From a virus (lineage: Duplodnaviria; Caudoviricetes), in IMG/VR virus record IMGVR_UViG_3300021335_001376, positions 1 to 27,362 of that record: 27,362 nucleotides of DNA; one strand, given 5' to 3'. How positions within the stretch are numbered: the stretch's first letter is position 1; the number at the start of each line of letters is the position of its first letter. A program made the translations under genes and the position numbers. A model generated the notes under the pieces. That model had not been told where the DNA came from and ran no database searches. It was given only the letters and a program-made list of their open reading frames with translations. Of this stretch, positions 8,380-20,000 are shown piece by piece.

Positions 8380-8387
8380 TATTTATC
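8380..8387 (-). promoter_or_regulatory. T4-like late promoter GATAAATA
   Basis: Intergenic, upstream of AGAGGA SD; resembles TATAAATA. Confidence 0.7.
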
Positions 8388-8391
8388 AGCA

Positions 8392-11355
8392 TTATACATT
8401 GAACTGGTAGTTTGCGAACGGAACATATTGTTCATTACTATTACCATCTGTACTATCGATATTGTATCTCTCAATTTCAATATCTAGTTGTTTAAAGTTA
8501 AAATTACTGTTATTGATGTTTAAAATCACACTATCAGCTTCCCCTGGCTTACAATAACATAGCGGTATTGCTAGTTTAAAGCCTAGTTCTGCTTGTCCTG
8601 CTTGTTGAGAAGTACGCATCCACAGTGGATAAAACTCTCGTAGATTTTTTCCAACTGCTCGTATGTTATCTCTCATGTTAGTAATGTTACTAATATACTT
8701 TGTTTGATCTTTACTATCACTAATTTTTATAGCATCACTATCTATTTTAATTGTATTAGTAATAGGACGTAATCTAAATGGATCTGAGCTAATACTATCA
8801 TCAATACTTTGACTGCTAATTATTGACCCGTCTTGTAGCTCAACAGTAATACTGCCTCCTGGGTTGAAGCTTATTGGACCAAGTCTTGTAAAGATTGCAA
8901 GTGATCCTGATGAAGCAGGACTAAGTCCATCTCCACCACGTAGTCCTAAGTCAAAGAATCCTTGACCTGTGCCTACTCCAGTATTATCATCAGTTACACT
9001 AAATTGAATTTGGTCTACTGTAACTTCGTTTTTTGTTAAGTTAGTAAAACTTTTGTTTGTTTTGCCTTTGCCTACTTCCGGTTCTGCCGGATCAATTACT
9101 TCAACATAAATTACTTCATATACTGTTTCATTGGTTCCTGGATTTTTTGCAATAGCTTTTTTTACAGCGCCAGTTTTATATTGTTTACGCTTGTGATTTT
9201 TTGCAACCGCCGCAACAAACTCACTAATTGATTTAGTTTCAATACCAGCATAGGCTAACATTTTGATTTGAGGTTGTAAACCGAAACTAAGATCGTTTGG
9301 TCTGTAAATACTGCCTGGTGTAAAGATAGTAGGATCTGATATAAAGTTTCTAAAAGAATTTCTTTGTGTTTGTTTTAACATAGGAACCATTGATATACTA
9401 CTGTAAAGAGTATCATCAGGATCAGTTGTTGTAATAGTAAATGTTCTAGTTGTAGCACTAAATTGGAATTGATCTTGTGCTTTAATTGTAAATGTATAAC
9501 TTCTATCAATGGTTGTTGTAGCACCATCAAATGTTGTTTGTGTTGTAGCTTTATCTATAGTTGTAAGTCCAGGCTTGCCCGGCTCACCAAACTGATTAAC
9601 CTTACCTTGTAACTGTCCGTCAATAGCAAGTGTAAGTCCTGGTGGTAACTTTCCTGAATCCAATGTATATAGCACAACAGCATTAGGCACACTACTTGTA
9701 GCACTAACATTTAGTGTACTAACAAAGTTAGCTCTAAGATTTCCTAGTGTAGATGCTGTATTCCATGTAATTGCACTTTCAATTTCGCCTAGAAGTTTAA
9801 GTGTAAATTCTTTGTTCTTTGCTACAGTAGGATTTGTTAATGTTGTTGTTCTTTTTTCAAAACTATAAAAAGACATAGTAACAACTTTATTTGATACAGT
9901 TGCACCAAATGCATCATATGTTTTATAACCTACGTTTGCAATAGTTCCTAAGAACGATCCTCGTAAATAATCTACACTTCCTACTTCAATTTTAACTGTG
10001 TTAGTATTATCTGATGTAGATGTTACTCTACCATTTTCTATAGTCCAAACAGTCTTTCCAATAATGTTAATTGCTTTATATGATTTGTTGTCACCTGAGT
10101 CTGCTTCTGTTATAGGAACTTCATTGAACACAATCCAACCTGTTGCTCCTAGTCCGTTAAACAAACTATCTGCAAAGTCAGTAAATGCTATATTATTTGC
10201 ACCACTCCACGATTGCCCAACACCTATGTTGTTTGCAAAAGGTTCGGTAGATGTATCTTCTTTAGATCCAATCTGTCTTAATGCTTCAACAGTAAATTTA
10301 TATTCTGTAGTAACTGCTGGTTGATAAGGAATACGTCCTGCAATCTCACCAGTTGTACTATCAATACTCATACCAGGTGGTAACTTACTTACGCTACCGT
10401 CATTGTTTGAATCTTTTACAGTAAAACTTATAATACCAGTGTTACTGGTAGGATCGTAAACATCTAAGAATAGTGTTACATAATTATTAGCTCTTCTATA
10501 ACCTAAGTCGCCTGGTGTTAACCATACAGGAGCTCTTAGGTATGTATTATCAGAAGTAAACAATCCTGTACCTAATTGCATTATTGTGTTGTCTGTCCTT
10601 AAAAAATCGTCTCCTACAAGATAAATTTGAAACTTACGTTTTGTGATTACAACACCATCACTTGCACTTACTTCAAATTCATAATATCTATTTAATTTTT
10701 TAGGACTTTGTGTAGGAATATTATAATCGTAGAATGTTGTATCGTAATAATAACTTTCAAAACCGTTTGCACTTTTTACACCAAAATCAAATGGGTATGT
10801 ACCAAATATATTAGTATCATAAAATCCAGAAGAGGCTCTTTTTTCTAATGCAAGTATCGGCTCAACAATACCTGTAAGTTTACCTGTAGTTCTTCCTAGT
10901 TCGATTCCTGGAGGTAATTCTCCGTCATTGTCTCCAATAAAATATTCTATATTATCGCCTGCAGGCAAGTCAGGGTCAATTACCTGTAGTTGAAAATCTA
11001 CAGGACTACTATCTAGTATATAAAATCTATTGTTAGGACCAAGTGGTAGTGGGCCTTCTGCTGTTATCCATGTTGGAGCATCTGCACCACTAATTTTTAA
11101 TTGAAGAGTCATATCTTCTTGAATAGTATCTTTTACTGCTCTAATGACAAATCTAAAATTCTTTAATCTTTTAACTTCGAAAGGAGTACCTAATAAATTA
11201 TCGCCGCTAATTCTTAAACCGCCAGGTAGCTTTCCACTAATAACTGTAAGTGTACAACCAGATACAACTGGTAAAGGAATTGATTGTGTAATACTTTCTT
11301 GGTAGGTTCCTAAATTGTGTCCTGGATTAACCGTCCATAAATTAGCATGCGGCAT
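8392..11355 (-). CDS. Large structural protein with putative-Ig (He_PIG-like) repeats, probably baseplate-associated
   Basis: Four LP(P/G)G(L/I/M)....G.(L/I).G repeats each followed by (Y/F).F.(V/I).A strands. Confidence 0.7.
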   Translation of the reverse strand: MPHANLWTVNPGHNLGTYQESITQSIPLPVVSGCTLTVISGKLPGGLRISGDNLLGTPFEVKRLKNFRFVIRAVKDTIQEDMTLQLKISGADAPTWITAEGPLPLGPNNRFYILDSSPVDFQLQVIDPDLPAGDNIEYFIGDNDGELPPGIELGRTTGKLTGIVEPILALEKRASSGFYDTNIFGTYPFDFGVKSANGFESYYYDTTFYDYNIPTQSPKKLNRYYEFEVSASDGVVITKRKFQIYLVGDDFLRTDNTIMQLGTGLFTSDNTYLRAPVWLTPGDLGYRRANNYVTLFLDVYDPTSNTGIISFTVKDSNNDGSVSKLPPGMSIDSTTGEIAGRIPYQPAVTTEYKFTVEALRQIGSKEDTSTEPFANNIGVGQSWSGANNIAFTDFADSLFNGLGATGWIVFNEVPITEADSGDNKSYKAINIIGKTVWTIENGRVTSTSDNTNTVKIEVGSVDYLRGSFLGTIANVGYKTYDAFGATVSNKVVTMSFYSFEKRTTTLTNPTVAKNKEFTLKLLGEIESAITWNTASTLGNLRANFVSTLNVSATSSVPNAVVLYTLDSGKLPPGLTLAIDGQLQGKVNQFGEPGKPGLTTIDKATTQTTFDGATTTIDRSYTFTIKAQDQFQFSATTRTFTITTTDPDDTLYSSISMVPMLKQTQRNSFRNFISDPTIFTPGSIYRPNDLSFGLQPQIKMLAYAGIETKSISEFVAAVAKNHKRKQYKTGAVKKAIAKNPGTNETVYEVIYVEVIDPAEPEVGKGKTNKSFTNLTKNEVTVDQIQFSVTDDNTGVGTGQGFFDLGLRGGDGLSPASSGSLAIFTRLGPISFNPGGSITVELQDGSIISSQSIDDSISSDPFRLRPITNTIKIDSDAIKISDSKDQTKYISNITNMRDNIRAVGKNLREFYPLWMRTSQQAGQAELGFKLAIPLCYCKPGEADSVILNINNSNFNFKQLDIEIERYNIDSTDGNSNEQYVPFANYQFNV

Positions 11356-11364
11356 TCAACACTC

Positions 11365-12054
11365 CTATAGCGTTCCCATATCTGCTTCAACTGATGTTGA
11401 TGCTGTGAACGTTGCACTTCCATCATCGTAATCAATTACTAGATTATGTGCTAGATATTCTAATGTACTAGTAAACACTGTAGGAACTGCTTCTCCCATA
11501 TTTAATGTAAGGTACTGTTGTAGTCCGTCAAATGTTCTAATATCAAGACCATGCACATTACCAGTCATGTTACCAACATTAATAATATTATTTGTTTGTG
11601 CGTTAAGTGTTGCTGTTAGTTTAGGATCTGTGTCAGTTTGTACAGAAGTTTCACTACTGATTGTAAGTGTTGTTCCGCTTAAATTTGTTGTAGTAGTTCC
11701 ACCACCTGCAAGTGTTAGTGCGTTACCGTTAGAATCTAATGTAATATTGTTGTTATCTGCAAATATTTGTACGCTAGGTAAGCCTGTTGCTGTACTATTA
11801 ATGGTAATAGCGTTAGCATCAGCGGCAAGTGATATTGCTGTACCTGCTACAATCTTTTTAAACTGTAGTTCAGTACCACTTATTTGGCCAAATATTCCTT
11901 CACCTGCACTACCTAAGTTTGCAACTGTAGTTGATTCCGTACTTCTAGCGTTAAGTTCTGTAAAGTTACTATTTACTTTTACAAACGCTTCACGTAGATC
12001 ATCACCTGTACCGTCGTTTGCAATAGTTCCGATGTTGATAGTTTGTATTGCCAT
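11365..12054 (-). CDS. Fibre/adaptor protein with T4 gp9/gp10-like N-terminal module
   Basis: INIGTIANDGTGDDLREAFVKVNSNFTEL. Confidence 0.7.
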   Translation of the reverse strand: MAIQTINIGTIANDGTGDDLREAFVKVNSNFTELNARSTESTTVANLGSAGEGIFGQISGTELQFKKIVAGTAISLAADANAITINSTATGLPSVQIFADNNNITLDSNGNALTLAGGGTTTTNLSGTTLTISSETSVQTDTDPKLTATLNAQTNNIINVGNMTGNVHGLDIRTFDGLQQYLTLNMGEAVPTVFTSTLEYLAHNLVIDYDDGSATFTASTSVEADMGTL

Positions 12055-12071
12055 GTAAGTCTCCTATACTA

Positions 12072-12079
12072 TATTTATC
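12072..12079 (-). promoter_or_regulatory. T4-like late promoter GATAAATA overlapping the subtilase stop codon
   Basis: Motif followed by AGGAG SD and ATG 12054. Confidence 0.7.
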
Positions 12080-14579
12080 GCTTCTTCATTGCTACAATGT
12101 TACTGGTAAATGGCTTTTGTTGATTATATTTGTTAAACAACATTCTATTTTCAGCACCACATATGTCTGTGGTATCACCGTAGTTGGTAAGATTATTTTC
12201 GTCTTTTAAAATTGCTTTTGCATCTTTTTGTATTTTAGATTGTAATTGTGCTGGTGTAAGTTCAGGACTTGCTTGTGCATACAATGCCGCTACACCGCAT
12301 ACCTGTGGACTTGCCATACTTGTTCCACTGATATTAGTTTGCTTAAACCCACCACCATCAAAATAGGCAGGTGCACCAAATTTGTTTGTTGTACTAGTTG
12401 CACTAACAATATTCTCACCAGCCGCAAATATATTAACTCCTGGACCTGTTGTGCTAAATCCTGTTTTTCTTTCTATATTTCCTGCTTCATTTTCTGGTGT
12501 ACTGTCCATACACCCTACCATAAATGCATTGTCACTGTAAGGTGAACTACCTCTATGATAATAATTGTTTGACGAACTTGAAAATACAATATTATCATAA
12601 TCAAGTCCACCGCTTACATCTGCTTTAAAACTGTTGTTACCTGCGGCAATACATATGTGTACTCCTGCGGCAATACATTCTTCTACATCTGTATCTACAC
12701 TTGAAACCCTTACTGGATATCTATAAGATCCGCTGGCAAAATATGGATAAAACCCATAAGTATCTCTCATGTGTGTTGTGTTACCAAAACTACCATCATT
12801 GCCACTGTTATAAGTTGTGCCTCTATAGATTATACTTGTGATGTTATTAATACTAGTACCGATACTACTGCTATATCCCCAACTAGCATTTACAACAGTT
12901 GGCCGCTTTAATCCTGTAATAGGATCTGCGTCTTTATTATTGTGCCATTGTTTTATACAATCGTATACATTCGATATACTAATACCAGTGCCAGCATCAC
13001 CACTGCCTTCTAATCCTGCTACTTTGACAGAAAAGATTCTTGCTTTAGTTCCCCAACCAAAGTTTTTACCTATTGCTGTTCCTCCGCAATGTGTTCCGTG
13101 TCCGTCATAGTCTCTATAATGATTACCAGATTGTGAAAAACCTAATCCACTTTCGTCTCCCCAATGGATTAAGTGTACTCTGTTTGCACCACTACTTGCT
13201 ACATATTCTAAGTTACCTTGATCGTTTCCTTTGAACATACTTTTTAATGTTTCAAAACTAGGCTTACATAAAACCGGCATAAAGTATTTTTTGAAAAGCT
13301 GATAACCCTGTGGGTTATTTGTTCTAATACCTGCAGGTGTACGCATATCATCTGTCCATTCAGGAGCAAGACTTCCGCCACTCCAAAACTCACTCATATC
13401 CCACATACCCCAATTTAGTAAGTACATATATTCCTTGTAGGCAATTTCTGCATACTCTGCATTTGTTGCCCAACTAGATGCATAACCACTAGGATCAAAT
13501 TTACCTGCGTCAATTGCTTCTTTCATTGCTAAATGTAGTTCAGTTGTTTTCCAACTGTCATTACCATAATTTGTTGCGGCCCAATTTAATGCTTGGGCAC
13601 TTCCTGGTGTTGCACCTGGCAATCCAAATAAATGTATTGTATGAAACAAGTGTTCCATAACTTCTTCAATTTCACTATCGCTTGTAGTTGGTTGAGGTCC
13701 ACTTGCGTTGTTATACCATACCATATCGTTAGTCATATGTGAATTTAGAAATGCTTGATAGCCTGTGTAGCTGTTAATATTTTCATCAAGTAACCAGTTA
13801 GGTGAATAACTTGAACCTGCACTGTTACCAATTCTTTGTGCAGTTGGAAATCCTGCATGGAATGTACCAGCATCACCTTTAAGAGTAGCAATAAGTCTTT
13901 TTTGATGTGTAAGGTTAATATGTGTACCTGTAGGATCAATTAATAGTTTTACAACTTGACCAACCTTGCGTGTAAAGTTGTCTGGTACTGCTGACTGTCC
14001 ACCTACTGCACCTGCTTGTACAATCTTTAATCCATGTACTGTCATTGACTGTGGAAAGATTTCACTGTTTGTATTGTCACTTGCTATATCTGTACTAACA
14101 TATTCTGCTGTGTCATCCATAAAAAACTCTGGGTGATCAACTTGTAGTCCACTATCTTGTATAATAACATCAACACCTTGACCGTCCATTGCGTATGTGC
14201 GGTTAGTTGTTGTAGAATTACTTGAATATTTTTGTTCAAAGAAACTGTGTCTAATTTTACCCCAGTCACGATAGTTACCGCTATCACTAGCTGTTTTATC
14301 AAAGTCAGCAATTTGCACTGCTTGTATACCAATTTCAATATCTGGATTCTGATCAGGTGGAAGATCTACATCTAAAACTCTACTGTCATTTTTTAGAGTT
14401 TCTACTTCATCAGTAGTTAACATGTAGTGTGTATTTCTTTGTGAACCTAGTCTAGCGTCTGCTACTATAACTGAACGTCCAGGAATTTCTCCTGCGCCAG
14501 TTGATGCAATCATTTCTTGATTAAATGCATCGTAGTCGACACCTTCTTTAAGAGTTACAATATACTCTTTCTCACTCAT
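12075..14579 (-). CDS. S8 subtilisin-like serine protease with large inserted domain
   Basis: Propeptide-like EYIVTLK; D142 (VIIQDSG), H494 (GHGTHCGG), N648 (AAGN), S754 (SGTSMASPQV). Confidence 0.92.
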   Translation of the reverse strand: MSEKEYIVTLKEGVDYDAFNQEMIASTGAGEIPGRSVIVADARLGSQRNTHYMLTTDEVETLKNDSRVLDVDLPPDQNPDIEIGIQAVQIADFDKTASDSGNYRDWGKIRHSFFEQKYSSNSTTTNRTYAMDGQGVDVIIQDSGLQVDHPEFFMDDTAEYVSTDIASDNTNSEIFPQSMTVHGLKIVQAGAVGGQSAVPDNFTRKVGQVVKLLIDPTGTHINLTHQKRLIATLKGDAGTFHAGFPTAQRIGNSAGSSYSPNWLLDENINSYTGYQAFLNSHMTNDMVWYNNASGPQPTTSDSEIEEVMEHLFHTIHLFGLPGATPGSAQALNWAATNYGNDSWKTTELHLAMKEAIDAGKFDPSGYASSWATNAEYAEIAYKEYMYLLNWGMWDMSEFWSGGSLAPEWTDDMRTPAGIRTNNPQGYQLFKKYFMPVLCKPSFETLKSMFKGNDQGNLEYVASSGANRVHLIHWGDESGLGFSQSGNHYRDYDGHGTHCGGTAIGKNFGWGTKARIFSVKVAGLEGSGDAGTGISISNVYDCIKQWHNNKDADPITGLKRPTVVNASWGYSSSIGTSINNITSIIYRGTTYNSGNDGSFGNTTHMRDTYGFYPYFASGSYRYPVRVSSVDTDVEECIAAGVHICIAAGNNSFKADVSGGLDYDNIVFSSSSNNYYHRGSSPYSDNAFMVGCMDSTPENEAGNIERKTGFSTTGPGVNIFAAGENIVSATSTTNKFGAPAYFDGGGFKQTNISGTSMASPQVCGVAALYAQASPELTPAQLQSKIQKDAKAILKDENNLTNYGDTTDICGAENRMLFNKYNQQKPFTSNIVAMKKR

Positions 14580-14591
14580 TATAGTGTCCCC

Positions 14592-16622
14592 TTAATGTAA
14601 GTCAACCCAACCGCCGTTCGCATATCCTTGGAACTTATTAGTTGTTGAGTTATAAATTGTATCTCCGTTAACTGCTGTAAGAGCATTACGTTCTGTAGTT
14701 GTAAACGATGCTAGTCTAAATGGACTTTGTGTTACTTTAACAGCATCTTCTGCAACAAGCTCAATTGAACCTGCACTAGTAATTTGTGGAGTACCTGTGC
14801 CTGTACCTTCAAATGTTTCTGCTTGTAGTGATCCATTTACAGTCATATCGTTTTGTACTGTAAGGTCACTGCTCATTGTTACTGCTGGAGTAATTGTAAT
14901 ACCGCTTGAATCATCTGTATCAATTACACTTGTACTAAATGTAAAGTTACCAACTGACTCACCGCCTGTAGCGTTAGTCCAAATACCACCTACGTATTTT
15001 ATTACTTGGTTTGCTTGTGGACTGTTAATACTTACATCTGACAATGTAGTAATACTAGTTGTTGATAGGTCTGTTAGATATCCACTAAGTTCTGATTGAT
15101 TTGCTAATCGTACCCAGTTACCAGCGTGAGCAAAGTAACCTGCCCCTGTGCCGTGAACATGAGCAAACATACCATGATATGTAGTTGCACTTGGTAAGTC
15201 ACCTTCTGTAGCATACATATTGGCAAACAATACTTTACCAGTAGTAGTAATATCATTACTACCCATATCTAAAGTGCCACTAATTGTTAATGCACTTAAC
15301 GGAATACCTGTTAGGTTAGCTCCACCTCCATGAAAGTTAGTTGCATATGCGTTAGCATAAACATTGTTACTTGCTCCTAGACTGTATGCATTAGTTGAGT
15401 AAGGTGTAACATTACCAAAACTTACACTATCACTTACTTCTGATCCGCCTGCTAATACTTGACTAAGTGTAATACCTGATAAACTTGCACCACTACCAAT
15501 AAATGATGTAGCATTTACATCACCTGCTACTGTAAGTTTGTGCGAAGGTGTAGTTGTAAATATACCAACACGTTTTGTTCCTGTATCAATTTTAATTGCT
15601 GTTTCAACGCCTGTTAATGGTGTTACTTTAATATCTAAATCTTGTTCGTTAACTGTGCTTTCAATAATTGCGGCATTGTCTACACGTAGTTTAATATTAT
15701 TGTTTGTACCTACAGTTATACCAGTATCTGAGTTAAATGTTACACTACCGTTTTGCGTATAACTTTGATTTGCACTGATAGAATCAGTAATGCCATAACC
15801 TGATAACGTAGTAGGTAATCCAACTAACGAACTAAAGTTACCATCAAATAATGTAGGACGATTTGTTAAATTTGCGTAGTCTAAAAAGTAAGGACTGTCG
15901 AATCCATCGAGTGTATCTGCGTTTAATCCTCCGCCACCTGATGTAGCATCGTTTGCTGGTGCCCATTTAAGTCCATCCCATTTTAATACTTGTCCAGGAG
16001 ATGGTGGAGTACCTTGTGTATCTACATCTGACAAATCGCTTATATCAGTAACTAAATTTGGTTTGTCTGTAAGATTATTGTAACTGCCAGTTGTTGCTAC
16101 TGCGGCTAAACTAGGAGTCCCAACAATTTCGCTATAGTTAATAAAACTGTTTACCCATGCTCCGTTATTATCTTGTCCTGCGTTTGCATTCCATTTAAGT
16201 ACATTGCTTGATGCTAGTCCAGTTAAGTCAGTAACAATGCCACTGCCTCCTGCACCACCACCGCCACCACCTGTTGAGGTAATAGTAATTGTACCATTTA
16301 AGTCATCGTATGTAATATCAATTCCGCTACCTTCTCTTAGGATAGCATTTACTCTGTCATCAACTCTTTCATTTGTAAAGTATTGATTAGTACCTTCTGG
16401 TAAGTCTGTTGTAGTTGCGGCTACAGTTGGTTTGTCTGCTAAGTCATTCCAACTTCCACTAAAAGGATTATAGTTAACTCCAGCAAGTGTAAGTCCTGTT
16501 GCAGAAATCATTCCTGCTCCAGTAATACCTGAGCCTGTTAAGTCTAAATTATCACCTATTGGTAATTCTTTTAGTTTGTTGCTATCGTCTCTATCAACTA
16601 TAAGTGGTATTCTGTTTGCCAT
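14592..16622 (-). CDS. Tail-fibre-like repeat protein
   Basis: G/S/T-rich; repeated (Y/W)..L.(D/N)(K/R)P, LSDV.....QVLKW and TTLSGYGITD motifs; YHGMFAHVH module. Confidence 0.72.
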   Translation of the reverse strand: MANRIPLIVDRDDSNKLKELPIGDNLDLTGSGITGAGMISATGLTLAGVNYNPFSGSWNDLADKPTVAATTTDLPEGTNQYFTNERVDDRVNAILREGSGIDITYDDLNGTITITSTGGGGGGAGGSGIVTDLTGLASSNVLKWNANAGQDNNGAWVNSFINYSEIVGTPSLAAVATTGSYNNLTDKPNLVTDISDLSDVDTQGTPPSPGQVLKWDGLKWAPANDATSGGGGLNADTLDGFDSPYFLDYANLTNRPTLFDGNFSSLVGLPTTLSGYGITDSISANQSYTQNGSVTFNSDTGITVGTNNNIKLRVDNAAIIESTVNEQDLDIKVTPLTGVETAIKIDTGTKRVGIFTTTPSHKLTVAGDVNATSFIGSGASLSGITLSQVLAGGSEVSDSVSFGNVTPYSTNAYSLGASNNVYANAYATNFHGGGANLTGIPLSALTISGTLDMGSNDITTTGKVLFANMYATEGDLPSATTYHGMFAHVHGTGAGYFAHAGNWVRLANQSELSGYLTDLSTTSITTLSDVSINSPQANQVIKYVGGIWTNATGGESVGNFTFSTSVIDTDDSSGITITPAVTMSSDLTVQNDMTVNGSLQAETFEGTGTGTPQITSAGSIELVAEDAVKVTQSPFRLASFTTTERNALTAVNGDTIYNSTTNKFQGYANGGWVDLH

Positions 16623-16632
16623 ATCTTTATCC

Positions 16633-17088
16633 TTATAACGCCGCTATTCTTGTTTGGAAGTCGGCAAAGTCGGCACTTGCCGCCACTTCTGTTTTTAATG
16701 TTGCTAATGTAATAGTTTCCGCTTGTAATGCAGTTGCCGCTAATGCACCTTGTGCAGAAGTTGCCGCATCAGTAATTCCGTAACCAGCTAGTGTAGTTGG
16801 CTTACTTGTAAGTGAGGCAAACGTCTGTGCTGGAATAGTTAAGTTTGTAAGATTACTTCCGTTCAATGCCGGTAGTGTACCAACTAACACTGCCGCTGTA
16901 ATTGTTCCGTTAACAGCATCAACTAGTAATGTACTATCGTCAGCAAATACAGATCCGTTAATATCTCTGTTTTTATTTGTTACATCTAATTCAGCAAAGT
17001 TTTCGTTAATCTTTTTAAACGCTGTTCTTAATGGATCACCATCACCTTTGTTTGCACTAGTTCCAATATTAATTACTTGAATAGCCAT
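16633..17088 (-). CDS. Short fibre/adaptor protein with gp9/gp10-like N-terminal module
   Basis: INIGTSANKGDGDPLRTAFKKINENFAEL; TTLAGYGITD. Confidence 0.7.
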   Translation of the reverse strand: MAIQVINIGTSANKGDGDPLRTAFKKINENFAELDVTNKNRDINGSVFADDSTLLVDAVNGTITAAVLVGTLPALNGSNLTNLTIPAQTFASLTSKPTTLAGYGITDAATSAQGALAATALQAETITLATLKTEVAASADFADFQTRIAAL

Positions 17089-20000
17089 TATACTCTCCCT
17101 ACCACAACTTCAACGAACCCTGGTTCATCTCCGTCTTTGGTTCCAACTGCTTTACCAATAACAGTTCCTACTGTAGGATCGTTCTGCACCATACCGTAAC
17201 CTGGAATTGCACTAGATACAATTATATCACCTTTCTCAACAGCACCAATTACTTTACAAGGTACTCTACCCTGTAGTGCTAATGCTGTAACATAATCTCC
17301 GTGTAAATCACTATTCATTAAGTGTGCTGGGTTAGTTGAAACAACACCAGCAACTTTTCTATCTGCTTTATGCATAGTAGTTGTTATTTCTTGTTCACCA
17401 CCAAATACTAAAACAGTGCCTGCTTCATACTCTGCATCAGCTAAGTAATTCTCAGCCAAGTCAGCGTATTGTGCCGCTGTGGCAGTTCCGTGGAATGTAC
17501 CGAATTTTAATGCACTTGTACCTATATCGTATCCACCGTTAGTACTTGGAGTCATAGCCGCTTGTTTAAATACTACTGCCGCTGTATTATTATTAGCAAC
17601 AATAGCAACTTCACCTGCACTACTAAATCCTGTACCTGCTCCAATACCAATACCTGTACTTGAACTAGTCTTTTCTCCTGGCGCTTCAATAAATGAAGTG
17701 TACATCCAGTCTGACGCAACTCTTGGAGAGTTTTGTGTAGCATCACTTGGATCACCATAGCTACTGTTCTGTTGGAAGAACGAAGCTGATGCACTTGTAT
17801 TACCTACTTGTATTGTACCTGGGAATGTTGTAGTTGTGTTACTTGGAACTGTACCAACTGTACTAAGCACTGTAGCACCACCTGGTGTTTTCATTGTCAT
17901 AGTTAAGTTAGTTTGATCTAAGATATCATAATTGTCTAATTTAAATTTCTGTGCATCAATACTTCCATCTGCACCTGTTTTAACAATTCTATCAGCAACA
18001 CCTGTTGTAGTAAACGAACCACCAGTGTTAACAATATCTGCAAAACTAATTGCACTTGCATCACCTGTACCTGAGGCACTTCTAGCAAATACTGTGTTTT
18101 GTGCTATATCTGGTAAGTCAGCAAAGTCAACAGCACTTGCGGCTAGTGTTACCCAACCATCTGTTACTGTAAAGTCATCAGCATCAAATGCCGCAAGTCC
18201 TAGATCTGATTGTGCTATACCTGTTGCGTTAGCTCTTGTAGTTGCGGCCTGCATAGCAAGTTTACTTTGTAGTATTCCTGCTGTTGGACTTACATCACCG
18301 TTAACAATTACTTCTGAACTAATTGCCGCTGTTGCAACATTACTTCCATTACTTGTAAACACAACATCACCTGTAACAGTATGATTATCATAAAGTCCTC
18401 CATGGAACATTAGAATGTCATTGTTTGCTCTGTTACCAATGTCAGTACCAATTGCTTCTGTATCAAATGGTGTTCTAGCATCCACATATGATTTTGTGGT
18501 TACATCTTGTGGATTAGTCGGATCACTGTGATTGTAGATCTTATTACTACCAGCATTGATATTTCCTGTTATTGGAGTAGTACCATCTCTAGCAATAGCT
18601 CCCGGGCCAATAGTACCAGTTGTAATAATTACACCGTCTCTATCAAAGTGTAATCTTTTCTCTATAAATTTCTCTGTAGCAAATTCTGTAGGTACTGCCG
18701 CCGGATCACCATCAGCCATTGTGTCGTCATTACTGAATTCTTGAATTCTAACACCTTGTCTAAATCCTAATCCGTCTAAGTTACTGATAGCAATTGAAGC
18801 CGCAAATGTAACTGTACCTGTTCCTTGGTCTACACTAAAGAACTTACCAACACGGAAGAAACCATCTTGGTCTGTACTTGCAAAGAACACTCTACCTTTG
18901 CCTCTTTCGTTAACTTCAGCATCTTGGTTAGCACTAATAGTTGGCTGTCCGTAAATAATACTTGGATAGTTAGTAGTGTTAAATCCACCAGTACCAATTT
19001 TATCAAAGTCATGTCCGTTAGCTCTTAGTGTTGAAATACCAACTGTAATTGTACCAGGTTCACCGTCTTGTAATGATAACGGAATAGTTCTTGTTGCCGC
19101 AGGACTAAATCTTAAATCTGCTCCAATTCCTGAACCAGTATATAGTCCATTATTACTGTTAATGTTCGAAGCCGCTAGTTCATTAAGTTCAATTGTAGCA
19201 TAATCACCTCTGTCTGTATAGTTTGCAACAATATGTGTTTTACCAGCATGAGTAAAGATCATATCATTGTTACTAATACGTGCAATCTGTGGTGCTGTTA
19301 ATTTTTCAATAGCAACTACAACGTCACCTACTGTTGCACCCATTGTTGAACCTACACCAGCATATGTATTTTGATTTGCTTCTGTATTTCTAAGTGTTAA
19401 GTTTAAGTGGCTAAATGGTGAATCCATAACAACTTGGAATCTATCTGATGCTAATGCTGTGCCATCTGCATCTTGGTTGTTGAAACTAATACTTCTGTAA
19501 ACTTGATTTGGATTCTCTGTAAAGATTACCGCAGTAGATGGTCTTGTTGCTGTAACACCAGTTAAGTCATCTAACAAGTGGTTTTTGTTCATTCTTAGAA
19601 CAGCGTATGCACTTGTGTCATTTGATGGCGTAGGATTGTGTGCACCTGTGATTGCTGTTTCTAATCCAGTATCTCCTGACACACTTAATCTATAGATAGG
19701 TAAGTTAGCACCTTTACGTCCTGTCGGACCTGTTGCACCTGTGTATCCACCTATGTTACTTGTTGGTACTGCAACAATACTTGTTGCTGTAACTTCGTAT
19801 GTAGTTACACCTGTAGTTGTATAAATGTCGATCAAACTGTTTGGATAAGGCATGTAATCACAGTCATAAACAAATATACTAAATGATCCAGCCGCGTGTG
19901 CAAATGTACCAAACCCATATACGTTTGTTTCATCATTGAACACCTTACCAGGCTGTTGCATATTTCTTAGTGTTGTGATTTGGTCAACAGTTTCGTTTGG

